From: an uncultured delta proteobacterium
Lineage (GTDB): Bacteria; Desulfobacterota; Binatia; UBA9968
Direction of reading: 5' to 3'
NCBI GenBank assembly: GCA_963760795.1
Contig: CAVXEP010000030.1
Location: forward strand, 128,001 to 192,000
DNA length: 64,000 bases
Shown: positions 1-10,292 of the stretch, in pieces
Layout: every line of letters begins with the position of its first letter
How positions within the stretch are numbered: the stretch's first letter is position 1
The notes under the pieces: model-generated
The model's database searches: none
What the model was told of the DNA's origin: nothing
What the model saw: the letters and a program-made list of their open reading frames with translations, nothing else
Program-made: the position numbers and the translations under genes

Positions 1-243
1 CACCGGGACGTTGCCCGATAGCATCGCCGCAGCCAAGATCGGTGAGCTTTGGATTAACAGCACATCAACGTCGAGCCCGTTCTGGACAAAGATCCCAGCG
101 TCCTTGGCTACCCATATTACGGAATACCCCGACGTGATGGTGCCATAACCCGCCGTTAATTTGGTTAAAGGCTCGGCTGCCCAACTGGAAAGATAAAGGC
201 ACTGACAAAGAAATATCACCAGAGCGGTCCATGAGCGTATCAT
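1..243 (-). CDS. ABC transporter substrate-binding protein (NMT1/SsuA-like), 5' part; runs off the window start
   Basis: Frame missed by the ORF track. It reads MIRSWTALVIFLCQCLYLSSWAAEPLTKLTAGYGTITSGYSVIWVAKDAGIFVQNGLDVDVLLIQSS..., a signal peptide followed by the typical WVAKDAGIF..NGLDV motif. Confidence 0.8.
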   Translation of the reverse strand, partial: MIRSWTALVIFLCQCLYLSSWAAEPLTKLTAGYGTITSGYSVIWVAKDAGIFVQNGLDVDVLLIQSSPILAAAMLSGNVPV

Positions 244-434
244 TCTGCATTTCCCTCCCATTCGATCATGAAACCACCGCACGCCTACGAAGCTCGATGT
301 CCGGGCTCTGACTCAGCGAATGACCTGCGCAAGACAGCGCTGGTTATCGATTGCGCCCCGGCTGCAATTGTCGCTGGGAGTATTCGGAAAATTTCCAGCG
401 ACAAGCGCCAATGCGGCGAGCCGACTTCCTATTT

Positions 435-620
435 TTAGCGCGGTGCGTTCGCTCGCGACAGCGTCGAGGTGAGGATTTTTATGTTTTCGCTTTTCTCTAT
501 GTAACGCACGAACAGGTATTTGTTTTCCTGGGAGTCAAAGCTGCCGCCGGCACGTCGCCCGCTTCTTCTTTAACCTTGGCGTGAATGAAATATAGATCGT
601 CACCCTTAAAAGCGCTGCAT
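435..620 (-). pseudogene. Diverged, frameshifted duplicate of the 3' end of the TPP-enzyme beta gene (2554-2740)
   Basis: Direct nucleotide match to 2554-2740 with mostly synonymous changes, TAA in place of TGA, and a 1-bp deletion near 537. Confidence 0.9.
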
Positions 621-684
621 TCGACGTTCTAGTGAAATTGCATTAACGCCTACGGCCAGAGCAAATCGGTTGGGGGACCGTAGG

Positions 685-803
685 GACGCTGTTGTTGACT
701 AGCTGGACAAATTTTTCCTTGGCGCATTCGATAATCAAGTCGGTGTTCCTATTCGCGACCGAATAGGTTTTTCCATGAGCTAGTCCGCTTAGTCAACAGC
801 GTC
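685..803. mobile_element. MITE-like element with terminal inverted repeats
   Basis: Left end GACGCTGTTG(TTG)ACTAG and right end TAGTCAACAGCGTC. A related left end, GACGCTGTTGACTAG, occurs at 24628. Confidence 0.55.
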
Positions 804-836
804 AACCTCTCGCGCGGTTGATCGTGAGGAGCTAGA

Positions 837-1961
837 CTACAGTCCCCAGAGTCGTTTGGCATTGTCACAAAGGATTTTACGTTTTGCCGTTTCGTCAACG
901 TCTGTTCGTTGGCGCATGATCAGCGTGGCATCCATCTGGCTCGAGCCATCATAGTGGCCATAATCGCTGCCGATCACGATATTGTCCGGGCCGCATGGGT
1001 AGGTATAGGACAGGTCATCGTTGTTCTGACAGGTAACAAAAATATTAAACTCCTTCAGCACGTCTTCGGGCAAAGGAGTTTTGCGCTGTTCGCTCCGCCG
1101 TTTGGCTTCATGAATCATCCAGGGGAGCCACATGGAGCCGGCCTCGATAAATGCCCAGCGAAGCCGGGGAAATTTTAGCGGCAGACGGCTTTCGAGCAAA
1201 CCTTCGCAAGCTCCAGCGGTAACGAGCCGAAAGCGCATTAGACCGAAGGAATCCGGATCATAGGCGGGTTGGGTCAATGCCACCAGAGCGGCGTTGCCGT
1301 TACCGATGTGAATCACGATAACCAGATCTAAACGCTGCGCTTCTTCGTACAGCGGATGGAAATAGGGATCTATGAGCAGCCGGTCGCCGATGATCGGTGG
1401 CAGCGAAACTCCGACGGCGCCATTATCCCTGGCCCACTCAAGCGATTTAACGGATTCATCCATGCTCATCAAAGGCGGCACCGCGCACCAGCGCAAACGT
1501 CCATCGCCGCGCCGCCACATCTCAGCCACCCACCGGTTCCAACTTTTGCATAGCGCTAACTCTACCTCGGGGCGATCGGTTGCCGGCACCGTCCACAATG
1601 TATGGATCATCACCTGGACGTCGATGCCCAAACGGTCCATGTGGCGCAGGCGACGCTCGACGTCGTCTCCCTCCCGCGCGCCAATGGGAGTGACGACATC
1701 TCGGCCGAGCTGTTTTGACCGCTCTGCCATTTCTTCTTCAGTCAGCGTGGGAAATCGCAATCCGCGAGCCTGGCCGTTGATGATCCACCATTGTGTGTGC
1801 GGATCCGTCGGATGCGCTGCCAAAACCGGGCGGTGCTTCTCATCGCCCGGATCCATGAACTGCCAGGTGCGCTCAGTCTCCACAACATGCGAATCAGAAT
1901 CTATGACCATGTACTTTGTCTCTGAGACCAGGCCTCTTTCCGTATCGCTCGCAGCAATCAT
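837..1961 (-). CDS. Amidohydrolase family protein (amidohydro_2)
   Basis: IDSDSH metal motif, HIGNG, FIEAG and GSDYGH motifs. Confidence 0.9.
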   Translation of the reverse strand: MIAASDTERGLVSETKYMVIDSDSHVVETERTWQFMDPGDEKHRPVLAAHPTDPHTQWWIINGQARGLRFPTLTEEEMAERSKQLGRDVVTPIGAREGDDVERRLRHMDRLGIDVQVMIHTLWTVPATDRPEVELALCKSWNRWVAEMWRRGDGRLRWCAVPPLMSMDESVKSLEWARDNGAVGVSLPPIIGDRLLIDPYFHPLYEEAQRLDLVIVIHIGNGNAALVALTQPAYDPDSFGLMRFRLVTAGACEGLLESRLPLKFPRLRWAFIEAGSMWLPWMIHEAKRRSEQRKTPLPEDVLKEFNIFVTCQNNDDLSYTYPCGPDNIVIGSDYGHYDGSSQMDATLIMRQRTDVDETAKRKILCDNAKRLWGL

Positions 1962-2267
1962 AAACGCCTCCTTTTCTCACTCAACGGGTTGGCCGACGAT
2001 CTTGAAACTTGGATAAATTTTGCCGAGACAAAATTTGGCAAAGTTCCATTGCGCTTTTTCTGTTTCTCGTACAACAAGATCAAGCTTACGGCGTCGAAAT
2101 TGCCATCAACATTTTGCCATTCTAATGAGGCACTGCGGTCCAGTTTTTTAATTTATCGATGTCTGTCGGTCGAGTCAATTAATATCGCCTGCGAACATGT
2201 GGCGCGCATGGTTCGACCGTTCAAAGCCTCACGGCAGGATTAAGGCAAGTCTAACACGCGGCCGGGT

Positions 2268-2498
2268 CTATGACTTCACAACTCTAAGCTTTGCACGTTG
2301 TCGGTGCGCGATACGCGACCTTGCCTTAGCGGCAATCGCGTCTGCGGCCCCTTCGGCATCCCTGATAGTTTGTTCGATTCTATCTGGAGCGATACCACGA
2401 CGAATTAGGCCATCGATAACATTTTTTCTTCGCAGCGACTTGACCGCTCTCCTTATTTCTCTTGCGTCGGCCAACATGTCTTCTGGAATATTCGTCAT
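2268..2498 (-). CDS. Small hypothetical protein
   Basis: 76-aa ORF with GGAG RBS, co-oriented downstream of the TPP genes. Confidence 0.55.
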   Translation of the reverse strand: MTNIPEDMLADAREIRRAVKSLRRKNVIDGLIRRGIAPDRIEQTIRDAEGAADAIAAKARSRIAHRQRAKLRVVKS

Positions 2499-2553
2499 TC
2501 CGCTCCATTATCGGGTTTCCATCTACGGTGCAAATCCGAGTGGCGTCCTCGGC

Positions 2554-3165
2554 TCAACGCGGTGCGTTCGCTCGCGACAGCGTCGAGGTGAGGATTTTTA
2601 TGTTTTCGCTTTTCTCTATGTAGCGCACGAACAGGTATTTGTTTTCCTGCGAGTCCAACGCAGCCGCCGGCACGTCGCCCGCTCCTTCTTCAACCTTCGC
2701 GTGAATGAAATAGAGATCGTTACTCTTGAAGGCGCGCATAAAACCATTTTCGAATTCATCGAGCGTCTGCGCAGTCAGCACGTTGGCTATGCCGCAACCT
2801 CGAGCGATGGCGGCCAGGTCGGCCTGCCCCGCCGTCGCCGTCGGCGCGCCGCGGGAAGACTCATAGCATTCATTGTCGAAGACTACGTGAACCAGGTTCT
2901 TCGGATGTTGATTGGCGATGGTTGCCAGGCTGCCGAGATTGAGCAGCAGCGAGCCGTCGCCGTCGAATGCGACGACTTTGCGGTGCGGCAGAGCCAGGGC
3001 CAATCCGAGCGCCATGGACGACGTCAGACCGAGATTTTGCAGATGGTAGTTGCCATGGTGCGGTCTCAGGGCTTGCCATTCGTGGCGCACGGCGCCCAGG
3101 TTGGTGACCACCAGCTCGTCGCCGAAGTGCGGCGCGATTGCCCGTAGACAGTCATATCTTTTCAT
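2554..3165 (-). CDS. TPP-dependent decarboxylase beta subunit (sulfopyruvate/phosphonopyruvate decarboxylase ComE-like)
   Basis: GDGSLLLN...DN TPP-binding motif; immediately downstream of the alpha subunit. Confidence 0.88.
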   Translation of the reverse strand: MKRYDCLRAIAPHFGDELVVTNLGAVRHEWQALRPHHGNYHLQNLGLTSSMALGLALALPHRKVVAFDGDGSLLLNLGSLATIANQHPKNLVHVVFDNECYESSRGAPTATAGQADLAAIARGCGIANVLTAQTLDEFENGFMRAFKSNDLYFIHAKVEEGAGDVPAAALDSQENKYLFVRYIEKSENIKILTSTLSRANAPR

Positions 3166-3169
3166 CGAG

Positions 3170-3670
3170 TTACCTCAGGGCTTGTTTGTTGAGGACAATG
3201 GCCGTCGGCCGGCGCGACGAGCGCGCGAGCACCTGACTATCGCGAATAGTCGGGCGGATCTCCTCGAAGCGGCCGACTTTCTCGTAAACGATATGCATGG
3301 CCTGCAGCACCGGCTCGGTCAGAGCGCCGACCGTGGCGTGCCCGGCATTGTCCTCGCCGACACCGCCGCTGTGGCCGATCAACATCAACACGGGTATCCC
3401 CGGATGAATGCAGACCGTCGCCAAAGCGTTGGTCGACAATAAAAATCCCGCGTTCATCATCACCATCGCCGGCCGTTTGCCGCCGAGGTAGGCGCCGGCG
3501 CAGATGCCGATGCCCTCTTCCTCGCGGGTTACCGGCACGTGATGAATCGCCGAATCTTCGCCGAGCGCAATCACCAGATCGTGCAGGTTCGCTTCCGTCA
3601 AGGTCGCGACAAAATCGACCCCCGCCTCTTTCAGTGAATCGACGATCTCCGCCGCCACTTCTCGTTGCAT
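3170..3670 (-). CDS. TPP-dependent decarboxylase alpha subunit (ComD-like)
   Basis: VTREEEGIGICAGAYLGG..P..MMNAG motif; start MQREVA at 3670 after a GAGGAG RBS. Confidence 0.88.
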   Translation of the reverse strand: MQREVAAEIVDSLKEAGVDFVATLTEANLHDLVIALGEDSAIHHVPVTREEEGIGICAGAYLGGKRPAMVMMNAGFLLSTNALATVCIHPGIPVLMLIGHSGGVGEDNAGHATVGALTEPVLQAMHIVYEKVGRFEEIRPTIRDSQVLARSSRRPTAIVLNKQALR

Positions 3671-4100
3671 ACTTCTCCTCCTTCGGTTCGCAACCTTTAT
3701 TGCGGAGACCACGCTGGCAGTCAAGCGAACCTGAGCTTCATCAATACTCTGCCGGCCATAGATGAATCGCCTTTCGAGTCGGACCGTTCTTGCTGCCCGG
3801 AAAGCCATCTCAGATATTTCTTGTCTCAGTTCGCTTTCCTGGCATCGTGCGCCGAGCCTGCGCGACCTAGTCGGAAAAACTCCCTACCGTTGGTTGCGGT
3901 AGGCGATTTCCTCCTTGGTCTTCCGCGCCGCGATTTGCGGTTCGAGCCGTTCATGTTCGGGGTTCAAAGTTCAAGGTTAAAGATCGCGCGCGGAAGCGCT
4001 CGCGCGCCCGCTTGCGCCGGACCTTCCCGTCGGAATAGGCTCAATCACAGATTGATCTTTGCAGGAAAGAATCGGCATCCGGTAACGTCGGAGGGACGCC

Positions 4101-6017
4101 ATGCAAGATACCTATGACACCGTCTACACCCGTTGGCTGAACGATCCTGAGAATTTCTGGGCCGAGGCGGCCGAAGCGGTTCATTGGGATAAAAAATGGG
4201 ACAGGGTGCTCGATGACTCGCGGCCGCCGTTTTACAAATGGTTCCCCGGCGGATTGCTCAATACTTGCTACAATGCGCTCGATCGCCACGTCGAAGGCGG
4301 GCGGGGAAATCAGCCGGCGCTCATCTATGATAGCCCTGTAACGGGAGTCGTCCAGACGTTCACTTACCGCGAGCTGCTCGATCAGGTAGCAAGCTTCGCC
4401 GGTGTGCTTGCCGGGCAAAAAGTTCAGAAAGGCGATCGGGTCATCATCTACATGCCCATGGTGCCGGAGGCGATCGTCGCGATGCTGGCATGCGCGCGCA
4501 TCGGCGCGATTCATTCGGTGGTCTTCGGCGGTTTTGCCGCCGCTGAGCTCGCCAATCGCATCACCGACGCGCGACCGAAGATAATTATCTCGGCGACCTG
4601 CGGCATCGAAGCCGGCCGCATCATTCCCTACAAGCCCTTGCTCGACAAGGCGATCGACCTTGCGACGGTTAAGCCGGAGCGCTGCATTATTGTCCAACGT
4701 CCGCAGGCAAAGGCGTCCATGATCGGCGGGCGCGACCTCGATTGGTCGGAAGCGATGGCGGACGCAAAACCAGTCGGCTGCGTTCCCGTCGAGGCCACTG
4801 ATCCGCTTTACATCCTTTACACTTCCGGCACTACGGGTATGCCCAAAGGGATCGTGCGCGACAATGGCGGGCATCTGGTCGCGCTCACATGGAGCATGCA
4901 GCACATCTACGGTGTGGAGCCGGGCGAAGTGTATTGGACGGCGTCGGACGTGGGCTGGGTCGTTGGCCACTCGTACATCGTTTACGCGCCGCTGTTCAAC
5001 GGCAATACCACCGTGCTCTACGAGGGCAAACCGGTCGGCACTCCCGATGCAGGCGCGTTCTGGCGGGTCGTCTCACAGCACGGCGTGAAGGTCCTGTTCA
5101 CGGCGCCCACGGCGTTTCGCGCGATCAAGCGGGAAGACCCCAACGGCGAATTCATACGCAAGTATGACTTGAGCGGCTTCCGCACGCTCTTTCTCGCCGG
5201 CGAGCGCTGCGACTCGGACACGCTCTTGTGGGCGCAAAAGCAGCTTGGCGTGCCGGTGATCGATCACTGGTGGCAGACCGAAACGGGCTGGCCGATCGGC
5301 GCCAATTGTATCGGATTGGGAATGCTTCCGGTGAAACCGGGTTCGTGCACGAAACCGGTGCCCGGTTACGATGTCCGGGCGTTGGACGATGACGGCAGGG
5401 AACTATCGCCGGGACAGATCGGCAGTATCGTAGTCAAGCTGCCATTGCCGCCGGGCTGTCTTCCCACACTGTGGAACAACGATGAGGGCTACCGCAAAGC
5501 CTACCTCGCCAGGTTTCACGGCTACTACCTCACCGCCGATGCGGGGTACAAAGACGAGGACGGCTATCTTTGGGTGATGACCCGCACCGACGACATCATC
5601 AACGTCGCCGGTCATCGGCTCTCCACCGGCGCGCTGGAAGAGGTGCTGGCCTCTCATCCCGACGTCGCCGAGTGCGCTGTCTTGGGAGTCGCCGACGAGA
5701 TCAAAGGGGAAATTCCGTTGGGCCTGATCGTGCTCAAGGCCGGGGTGCGACGCTCAGACGGCGAGATCGTCAGCGAGACGGTCCAGATGGTGCGCGAACG
5801 GATCGGCGCCGTGGCTTCGTTCCGAGTCGCGACGGTCGTCAAGCGGTTACCCAAGACGCGCTCGGGCAAGATTCTGCGCGGTACCATCAAAAAGATTGCC
5901 GACGGGGTCGAGTATCAAATTCCGCCTACCATTGATGATCCACTGATCCTCGATGAAATTACCGCCGATTTGTCCGCGCTGGGCTATCCGGCCGGTTCGG
6001 CAAGGAGCTCGGCTTGA
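4101..6017 (+). CDS. prpE: Propionyl-CoA synthetase (acetate/propionate-CoA ligase)
   Basis: YTSGTTGMPKG, DHWWQTETG and LPKTRSGKILR motifs; 638 aa. Confidence 0.9.
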   Translation: MQDTYDTVYTRWLNDPENFWAEAAEAVHWDKKWDRVLDDSRPPFYKWFPGGLLNTCYNALDRHVEGGRGNQPALIYDSPVTGVVQTFTYRELLDQVASFAGVLAGQKVQKGDRVIIYMPMVPEAIVAMLACARIGAIHSVVFGGFAAAELANRITDARPKIIISATCGIEAGRIIPYKPLLDKAIDLATVKPERCIIVQRPQAKASMIGGRDLDWSEAMADAKPVGCVPVEATDPLYILYTSGTTGMPKGIVRDNGGHLVALTWSMQHIYGVEPGEVYWTASDVGWVVGHSYIVYAPLFNGNTTVLYEGKPVGTPDAGAFWRVVSQHGVKVLFTAPTAFRAIKREDPNGEFIRKYDLSGFRTLFLAGERCDSDTLLWAQKQLGVPVIDHWWQTETGWPIGANCIGLGMLPVKPGSCTKPVPGYDVRALDDDGRELSPGQIGSIVVKLPLPPGCLPTLWNNDEGYRKAYLARFHGYYLTADAGYKDEDGYLWVMTRTDDIINVAGHRLSTGALEEVLASHPDVAECAVLGVADEIKGEIPLGLIVLKAGVRRSDGEIVSETVQMVRERIGAVASFRVATVVKRLPKTRSGKILRGTIKKIADGVEYQIPPTIDDPLILDEITADLSALGYPAGSARSSA

Positions 6018-6190
6018 TCACCGCGTTGGCGTGAACTTGCATGAAAAGGATTGCGGGAGGCTGACAATTCAGTCATGCATTATTGACTGAGCTTCATCCA
6101 ACCCTCTGCCGCCGCGGCGAATTTTTGCGCCGTTCTGTGGTGATTTCCCGATTGATCTGACATAGCTGACAAGATCGCGCTGCTGCCGAC

Positions 6191-7404
6191 ATGCCGCTCT
6201 CCCGCAACCTAGTTCTGCTCCTCTGCGCCGGCGTCGTAACCATGACATCGATCGGCATGAATTCGTTCAGCCTATTTCTGCGGCCCATCGAGGCGGAATT
6301 CGGCTGGTCGCGCACGACGGCCACGCTGCCGTACATGTTTGGCATGCTCGGCTGGGGAGTAGGCGGCGTCCTCTTTGGTAAATGGGCCGACGACCTGGGC
6401 GCGCGCCGCGTCATTCTTCCAGGGGTTCTGCTCATGGCGGCCGGCTTTTTCGGCATGGGCTATTTCGCAAAATTTGTGGCAACTGTCGCTCGCCTACGGC
6501 ATCATGGTCGGCCTGGCCAAAGGCGCCTGCGGATTGGTGATCATCTCGCTGCTGGTCGCCAAGCACTACGAGGCCAATCGCCGCGGGCTCGCCGTCAGCG
6601 TCATACAGACGGCCTCGCCGCTGAGCCCGCTGTTCTTTTCGCCGTTGCTTTACTTCTTGATCGAAAGGTTCGATTGGCGCGCCGCGGCATTGGCCAGCGG
6701 CGTCTTGCTGCTTGCGGTGGCATTTCCCTTGGGATGGCTCGGCGCGCGCGATCCGGTCGATGTCTCGACCAGCCGGCGCGATCGAGCGACTTGGGCAAGC
6801 TGCCTTCCCTACCTGCGTGATCGTTCGATGATCATGATGTTCGCTGGCGCGATTTTCCTGCGGTGTCGGTTTGTTTCAGACCGTGCATCTTGTGGCGATC
6901 GCCTTGAGCAAAGGCTTCGATGCCGCAACCGGAGCTATCGCTGTCGGCGTTTTTGGCGGAGCGGCGGCGGGGTCGGCGCTGTTTTTCGGCTGGCTCTCGG
7001 ACCGTTATGGCCGAGCGCAAGTGCTCGCCCTCACCTACCTCGTGCGCGGCTTGGGCACATTGATCCTTGCTCTGGATATGCCGAACGAGCTGGTCTTCTA
7101 CGCCGTCGTGGCGCTCGCAATGGGACCCACCTTCGGCACGATCGCGGTGCAAAATGTGATGTTCTACGAGCTTGTCGGACCGAGGATGGCGGGAGTCATC
7201 CTCGGCTTGAGTTTCATCGTCCACCAGATCGGCTCCGCCGGAGGTCCGATGCTTGCGAGCCTCGCCTACGACATGACCGGCAGCTACGACGGTTTTATGA
7301 TCATCATGGGGGTTATTTTCCTGGCCTCCGCGGCGCTCGTCTATAGCTCAATCTCAGGCAAGCCCATCGCCGCAGCTCTGAGCATGAGCGAAGCCCGCAC
7401 TTAA
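6191..7404 (+). pseudogene. MFS transporter with two frameshifts (~6461 and ~6843); pseudogene or sequencing errors
   Basis: Three overlapping ORFs each carry successive MFS helices (..GMG|ISQNLW.. and ..M|LARFSCGVGLFQ..). Confidence 0.8.
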
Positions 7405-7484
7405 ACCGCCCTATTGATCTTGAATGCCCGTAAGGGGATGGGCCTCAGCAAGAATTTTTTCAAACGCAGAATAATCGACGCGGT

Positions 7485-7635
7485 TCTCGAACAGCTTTAA
7501 CCGACCGACGCGCCGGTCTAGGACATGGTACGCGATACCACCAGTCGATAGGCGAGGCCGACGCGGCATTTGATCATCGCATCTACCGCAATCCCGCCTC
7601 GCGCTTCAAGAAAAGACTCCCGACCTCTTTTCTCC
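7485..7635. repeat. ~150-bp dispersed intergenic repeat, copy 1 (copy 2 at ~19493-19645)
   Basis: Both copies share CTCGAACA..TAACCGACCGACGC..ATTTGATCATCGCATCTA..AGACTCCCGACC..TTTTCTCC. Confidence 0.8.
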
Positions 7636-7708
7636 CCCTGAACCTGTCAACGAGGTTCAAGCGGAACAGACTGCAGCCGTTTGTTATCCACCCCGCGCGT
7701 ATGACCGC

Positions 7709-8275
7709 TTACTGACTAGCCTTCGCGTTGAGATGGCGGTCGACCATGCTCTCCAATACTTCGAATGGCGCGTCATCGGGCATCGCCGTAATATCTCTTG
7801 CGATCTCCCCGAAGGTCGTCTGAACGCTTTCATCGACGAGCGTTGGCCGAATCACGCCCTTCTTGAGCGCTGTGAGCTCCACATTTTCGGTCCAAAGCCT
7901 CACGTTTGAGGACCAGGAACCGATCCGCACACCTGTATAGAGGATACGCGCTTGATAAATAGAGCATCCTCCCGCAAGACAGGCGTAGTAAAACATGCGG
8001 TCCGCGTCCTTTCGGGGAATATTCGGATCGTCGCATGCGACATCGTGCACCACGGATGCCCGGCGATACTCGCCGGTGTAAGGAGAACCGATGAGCGACC
8101 ACAAGGATGCAGGGTTGCTCGCTCCATCGATGACGCTTCCGGCAGGCGCTGACCAGCGTTTATTGTCAGGGTCTTCGTACCAGAAATCATTGAGCAGACG
8201 CATGCGCCGATCGTCGCCTGGCTCGTTGAGCCACTCGGCTGTGGGGTTCCCCGAAAACGTCCCATTGCTTGGCAT
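7709..8275 (-). CDS. DUF1353 domain protein
   Basis: PAG..IDGAS.P...WS..G.P......ASVVHD and ADRMF..AC motifs. Confidence 0.8.
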   Translation of the reverse strand: MPSNGTFSGNPTAEWLNEPGDDRRMRLLNDFWYEDPDNKRWSAPAGSVIDGASNPASLWSLIGSPYTGEYRRASVVHDVACDDPNIPRKDADRMFYYACLAGGCSIYQARILYTGVRIGSWSSNVRLWTENVELTALKKGVIRPTLVDESVQTTFGEIARDITAMPDDAPFEVLESMVDRHLNAKASQ

Positions 8276-8302
8276 ACGATCTCCTCCCCCTCGTTTTTGG
8301 AA

Positions 8303-10051
8303 TTACGGCTCTCGCGCCATTCTTCGTTTGCTGCGTTCTTCCGGTGTGCCCGGTATGTAGTATTTTTTCGACCAGCGCGATGTATCGTCCAATCGGAACG
8401 TCGTCATCGAGTTTTCCTGCTGTCTCCTGATGAAAAGCGCGCGTGCACGATAGTGTTCATAGAGGCGCATGAATTCGGCAAGATAGATTCCCGCAATGCG
8501 CCTGCTGCCACGAATTTCTAAAAGATTTTCGTCATTGCCGTACTGCGAAGCATTACTCATGTTCGCCGAACCGCTGTAGACCACCGGGCTATCGGTCTCG
8601 GCATCGATGACGATGAATTTGTGGTGAATGATCACGGGAGGAAACGGGGGCGGTCTTTCGCCGGGAAAAAGTTGCAACTCGGAAAAAAATCCCGTTGGCG
8701 TATGGCTCGGACTGAAAAAACGCCCATCGATCACATCGGGTTTGTCGCTATATTTGCGATGGTACAACTCCATTTGTGCCAGTTGCATCGCGTCCAGGTC
8801 GTCGTCTTCATCGAGATCGCCGGCGCTCTCGGCGATGAGATTCACCAGGCCGAACATCATCTTGCCGTTGTCGCCCACCGCGAAACACGCCTGACGCAGA
8901 ATCTCGTCCGTTGGCGTGAACAGGCAGAATAGAACCGAACTGCGAGCGCGGTGGATTGCTTCCACAACGCGGTTCAGCGAGAGCCTCGCATCTTGAGGCT
9001 CGGGCGAGAAGAAAACCGATACTCCGGCATCGCCAACCGTCACCGGGTCGAGCCATGCAGCGTGTTTGGCAGTTTTTCCAAGGGTCAGATCTTCCGTGAG
9101 GAGATGATAGCGCTCAAGGTATTGATCGGCGAGTTCCGGTGATTCGAATGTGTGAACCAAGTTCGCCTGGGACGTGAGTCCGCCTGTCGTATAATTCGCC
9201 GATCCGCATAGCAATTTGGCCGGACGCGACTGTCCCTCAAAAAGCCGCTCCCCGGAAACCAGAAACTTGTTGTGCATGATCTTGGTTTTGGTGCGCTTGG
9301 AAAATTCCACCGCCGGTAATTTGCCGACGGCTTTGGAATTCGGATTGGGTTTGCCGTCTTTCTTCATGGCCTGGCGGGCGGAACTTCCTTCATCGTAAAC
9401 GAGGCCCATCGCATGACCTGCGTCCGCATGTTTCTCCAATGTGGGTACAACCCAAAGATCGTCGGTTAGGTGATAAATCGCGCCGGCAACTTCTTTGGCC
9501 GAACTGAAAAAGTGACCGAACGCTGACTCCATCCCGTTTGACAGCCACGTACGAAGTTTTAGCGCATCTTCTGTCGAAGGCGTCTCGTTGGCGGCAATTC
9601 CCATTTCTTTAGTGATCTTCGTAAACGCCTGCGAACTGACGACAGCCCGGTTGAACCACACGCCGATTCCCCGTTCGACGTGACGGGGAATGACCACTTC
9701 GAGCTTGGTCGCGGCGGCGCTGACTGGCGTCAGGTTTGCGGGGGGCGTTCCTCTGACCGGGGTTATCGTGTATTCGTATTTCTTCCCCGGCTGCGGGTTA
9801 TCGATGCGGGCGTCCCACCACATGAACTTTTGAATCGGCGCTTTATCGGACGGCACATCCGCGCCGTCCGCGACGGGGCCGGAAAACGTCAATCGATTAG
9901 GGAGAAAACTGGAAGCTTCACTGCCGAAGCCTGGAGCGCGTTCGATTTGAAATCCCAAAAAATCCTGAAAGTCAGGTCCGTCGTCCCAATCAAACGCCAA
10001 TAGCACCAGTGTCGGCGACAGAAATGACCGTACGCGAACTTTCGTGGCCAT
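8303..10051 (-). CDS. Phospholipase D-like (two HKD motifs) protein
   Basis: MHNKFLVSG...CGSANYT and IHHKFIVID...SGSANMS...NDEN motifs; AGGAGG RBS before MATKV at 10051. Confidence 0.85.
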   Translation of the reverse strand: MATKVRVRSFLSPTLVLLAFDWDDGPDFQDFLGFQIERAPGFGSEASSFLPNRLTFSGPVADGADVPSDKAPIQKFMWWDARIDNPQPGKKYEYTITPVRGTPPANLTPVSAAATKLEVVIPRHVERGIGVWFNRAVVSSQAFTKITKEMGIAANETPSTEDALKLRTWLSNGMESAFGHFFSSAKEVAGAIYHLTDDLWVVPTLEKHADAGHAMGLVYDEGSSARQAMKKDGKPNPNSKAVGKLPAVEFSKRTKTKIMHNKFLVSGERLFEGQSRPAKLLCGSANYTTGGLTSQANLVHTFESPELADQYLERYHLLTEDLTLGKTAKHAAWLDPVTVGDAGVSVFFSPEPQDARLSLNRVVEAIHRARSSVLFCLFTPTDEILRQACFAVGDNGKMMFGLVNLIAESAGDLDEDDDLDAMQLAQMELYHRKYSDKPDVIDGRFFSPSHTPTGFFSELQLFPGERPPPFPPVIIHHKFIVIDAETDSPVVYSGSANMSNASQYGNDENLLEIRGSRRIAGIYLAEFMRLYEHYRARALFIRRQQENSMTTFRLDDTSRWSKKYYIPGTPEERSKRRMAREP

Positions 10052-10292
10052 GGAATTCCTCCTGGAATGTGGATGGTAGAAACCCGCCGTATCGATCCTT
10101 TGCGAAAAAGACACTGGGATGGTCAAATGCGCTATAGTTCAGCCAAACGCGTTTTGTCAAGTTACGTATTGGTGACCCAGATCGAATGCCGATTTGTCGC
10201 GCGCTATGCGTATGGACGAGTAATGATGGCGTTGAGCCAGTATTGGCTGACGTTAGGGCCATCGCCGTAAGTTCATGAAAATAGACTTTGCA

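Noticed and set aside
2197-3147. 316-aa plus-strand ORF sharing sequence with ORF 351-584
   Set aside because: It is antisense to the TPP beta gene; the shared peptide simply reflects the duplicated 3' end.
4041-4970. 309-aa antisense ORF, and similar ones at 33549-34643, 40461-41255, 51621-52739 and 55485-56309
   Set aside because: Shadow ORFs opposite well-supported high-GC genes, with no motifs.
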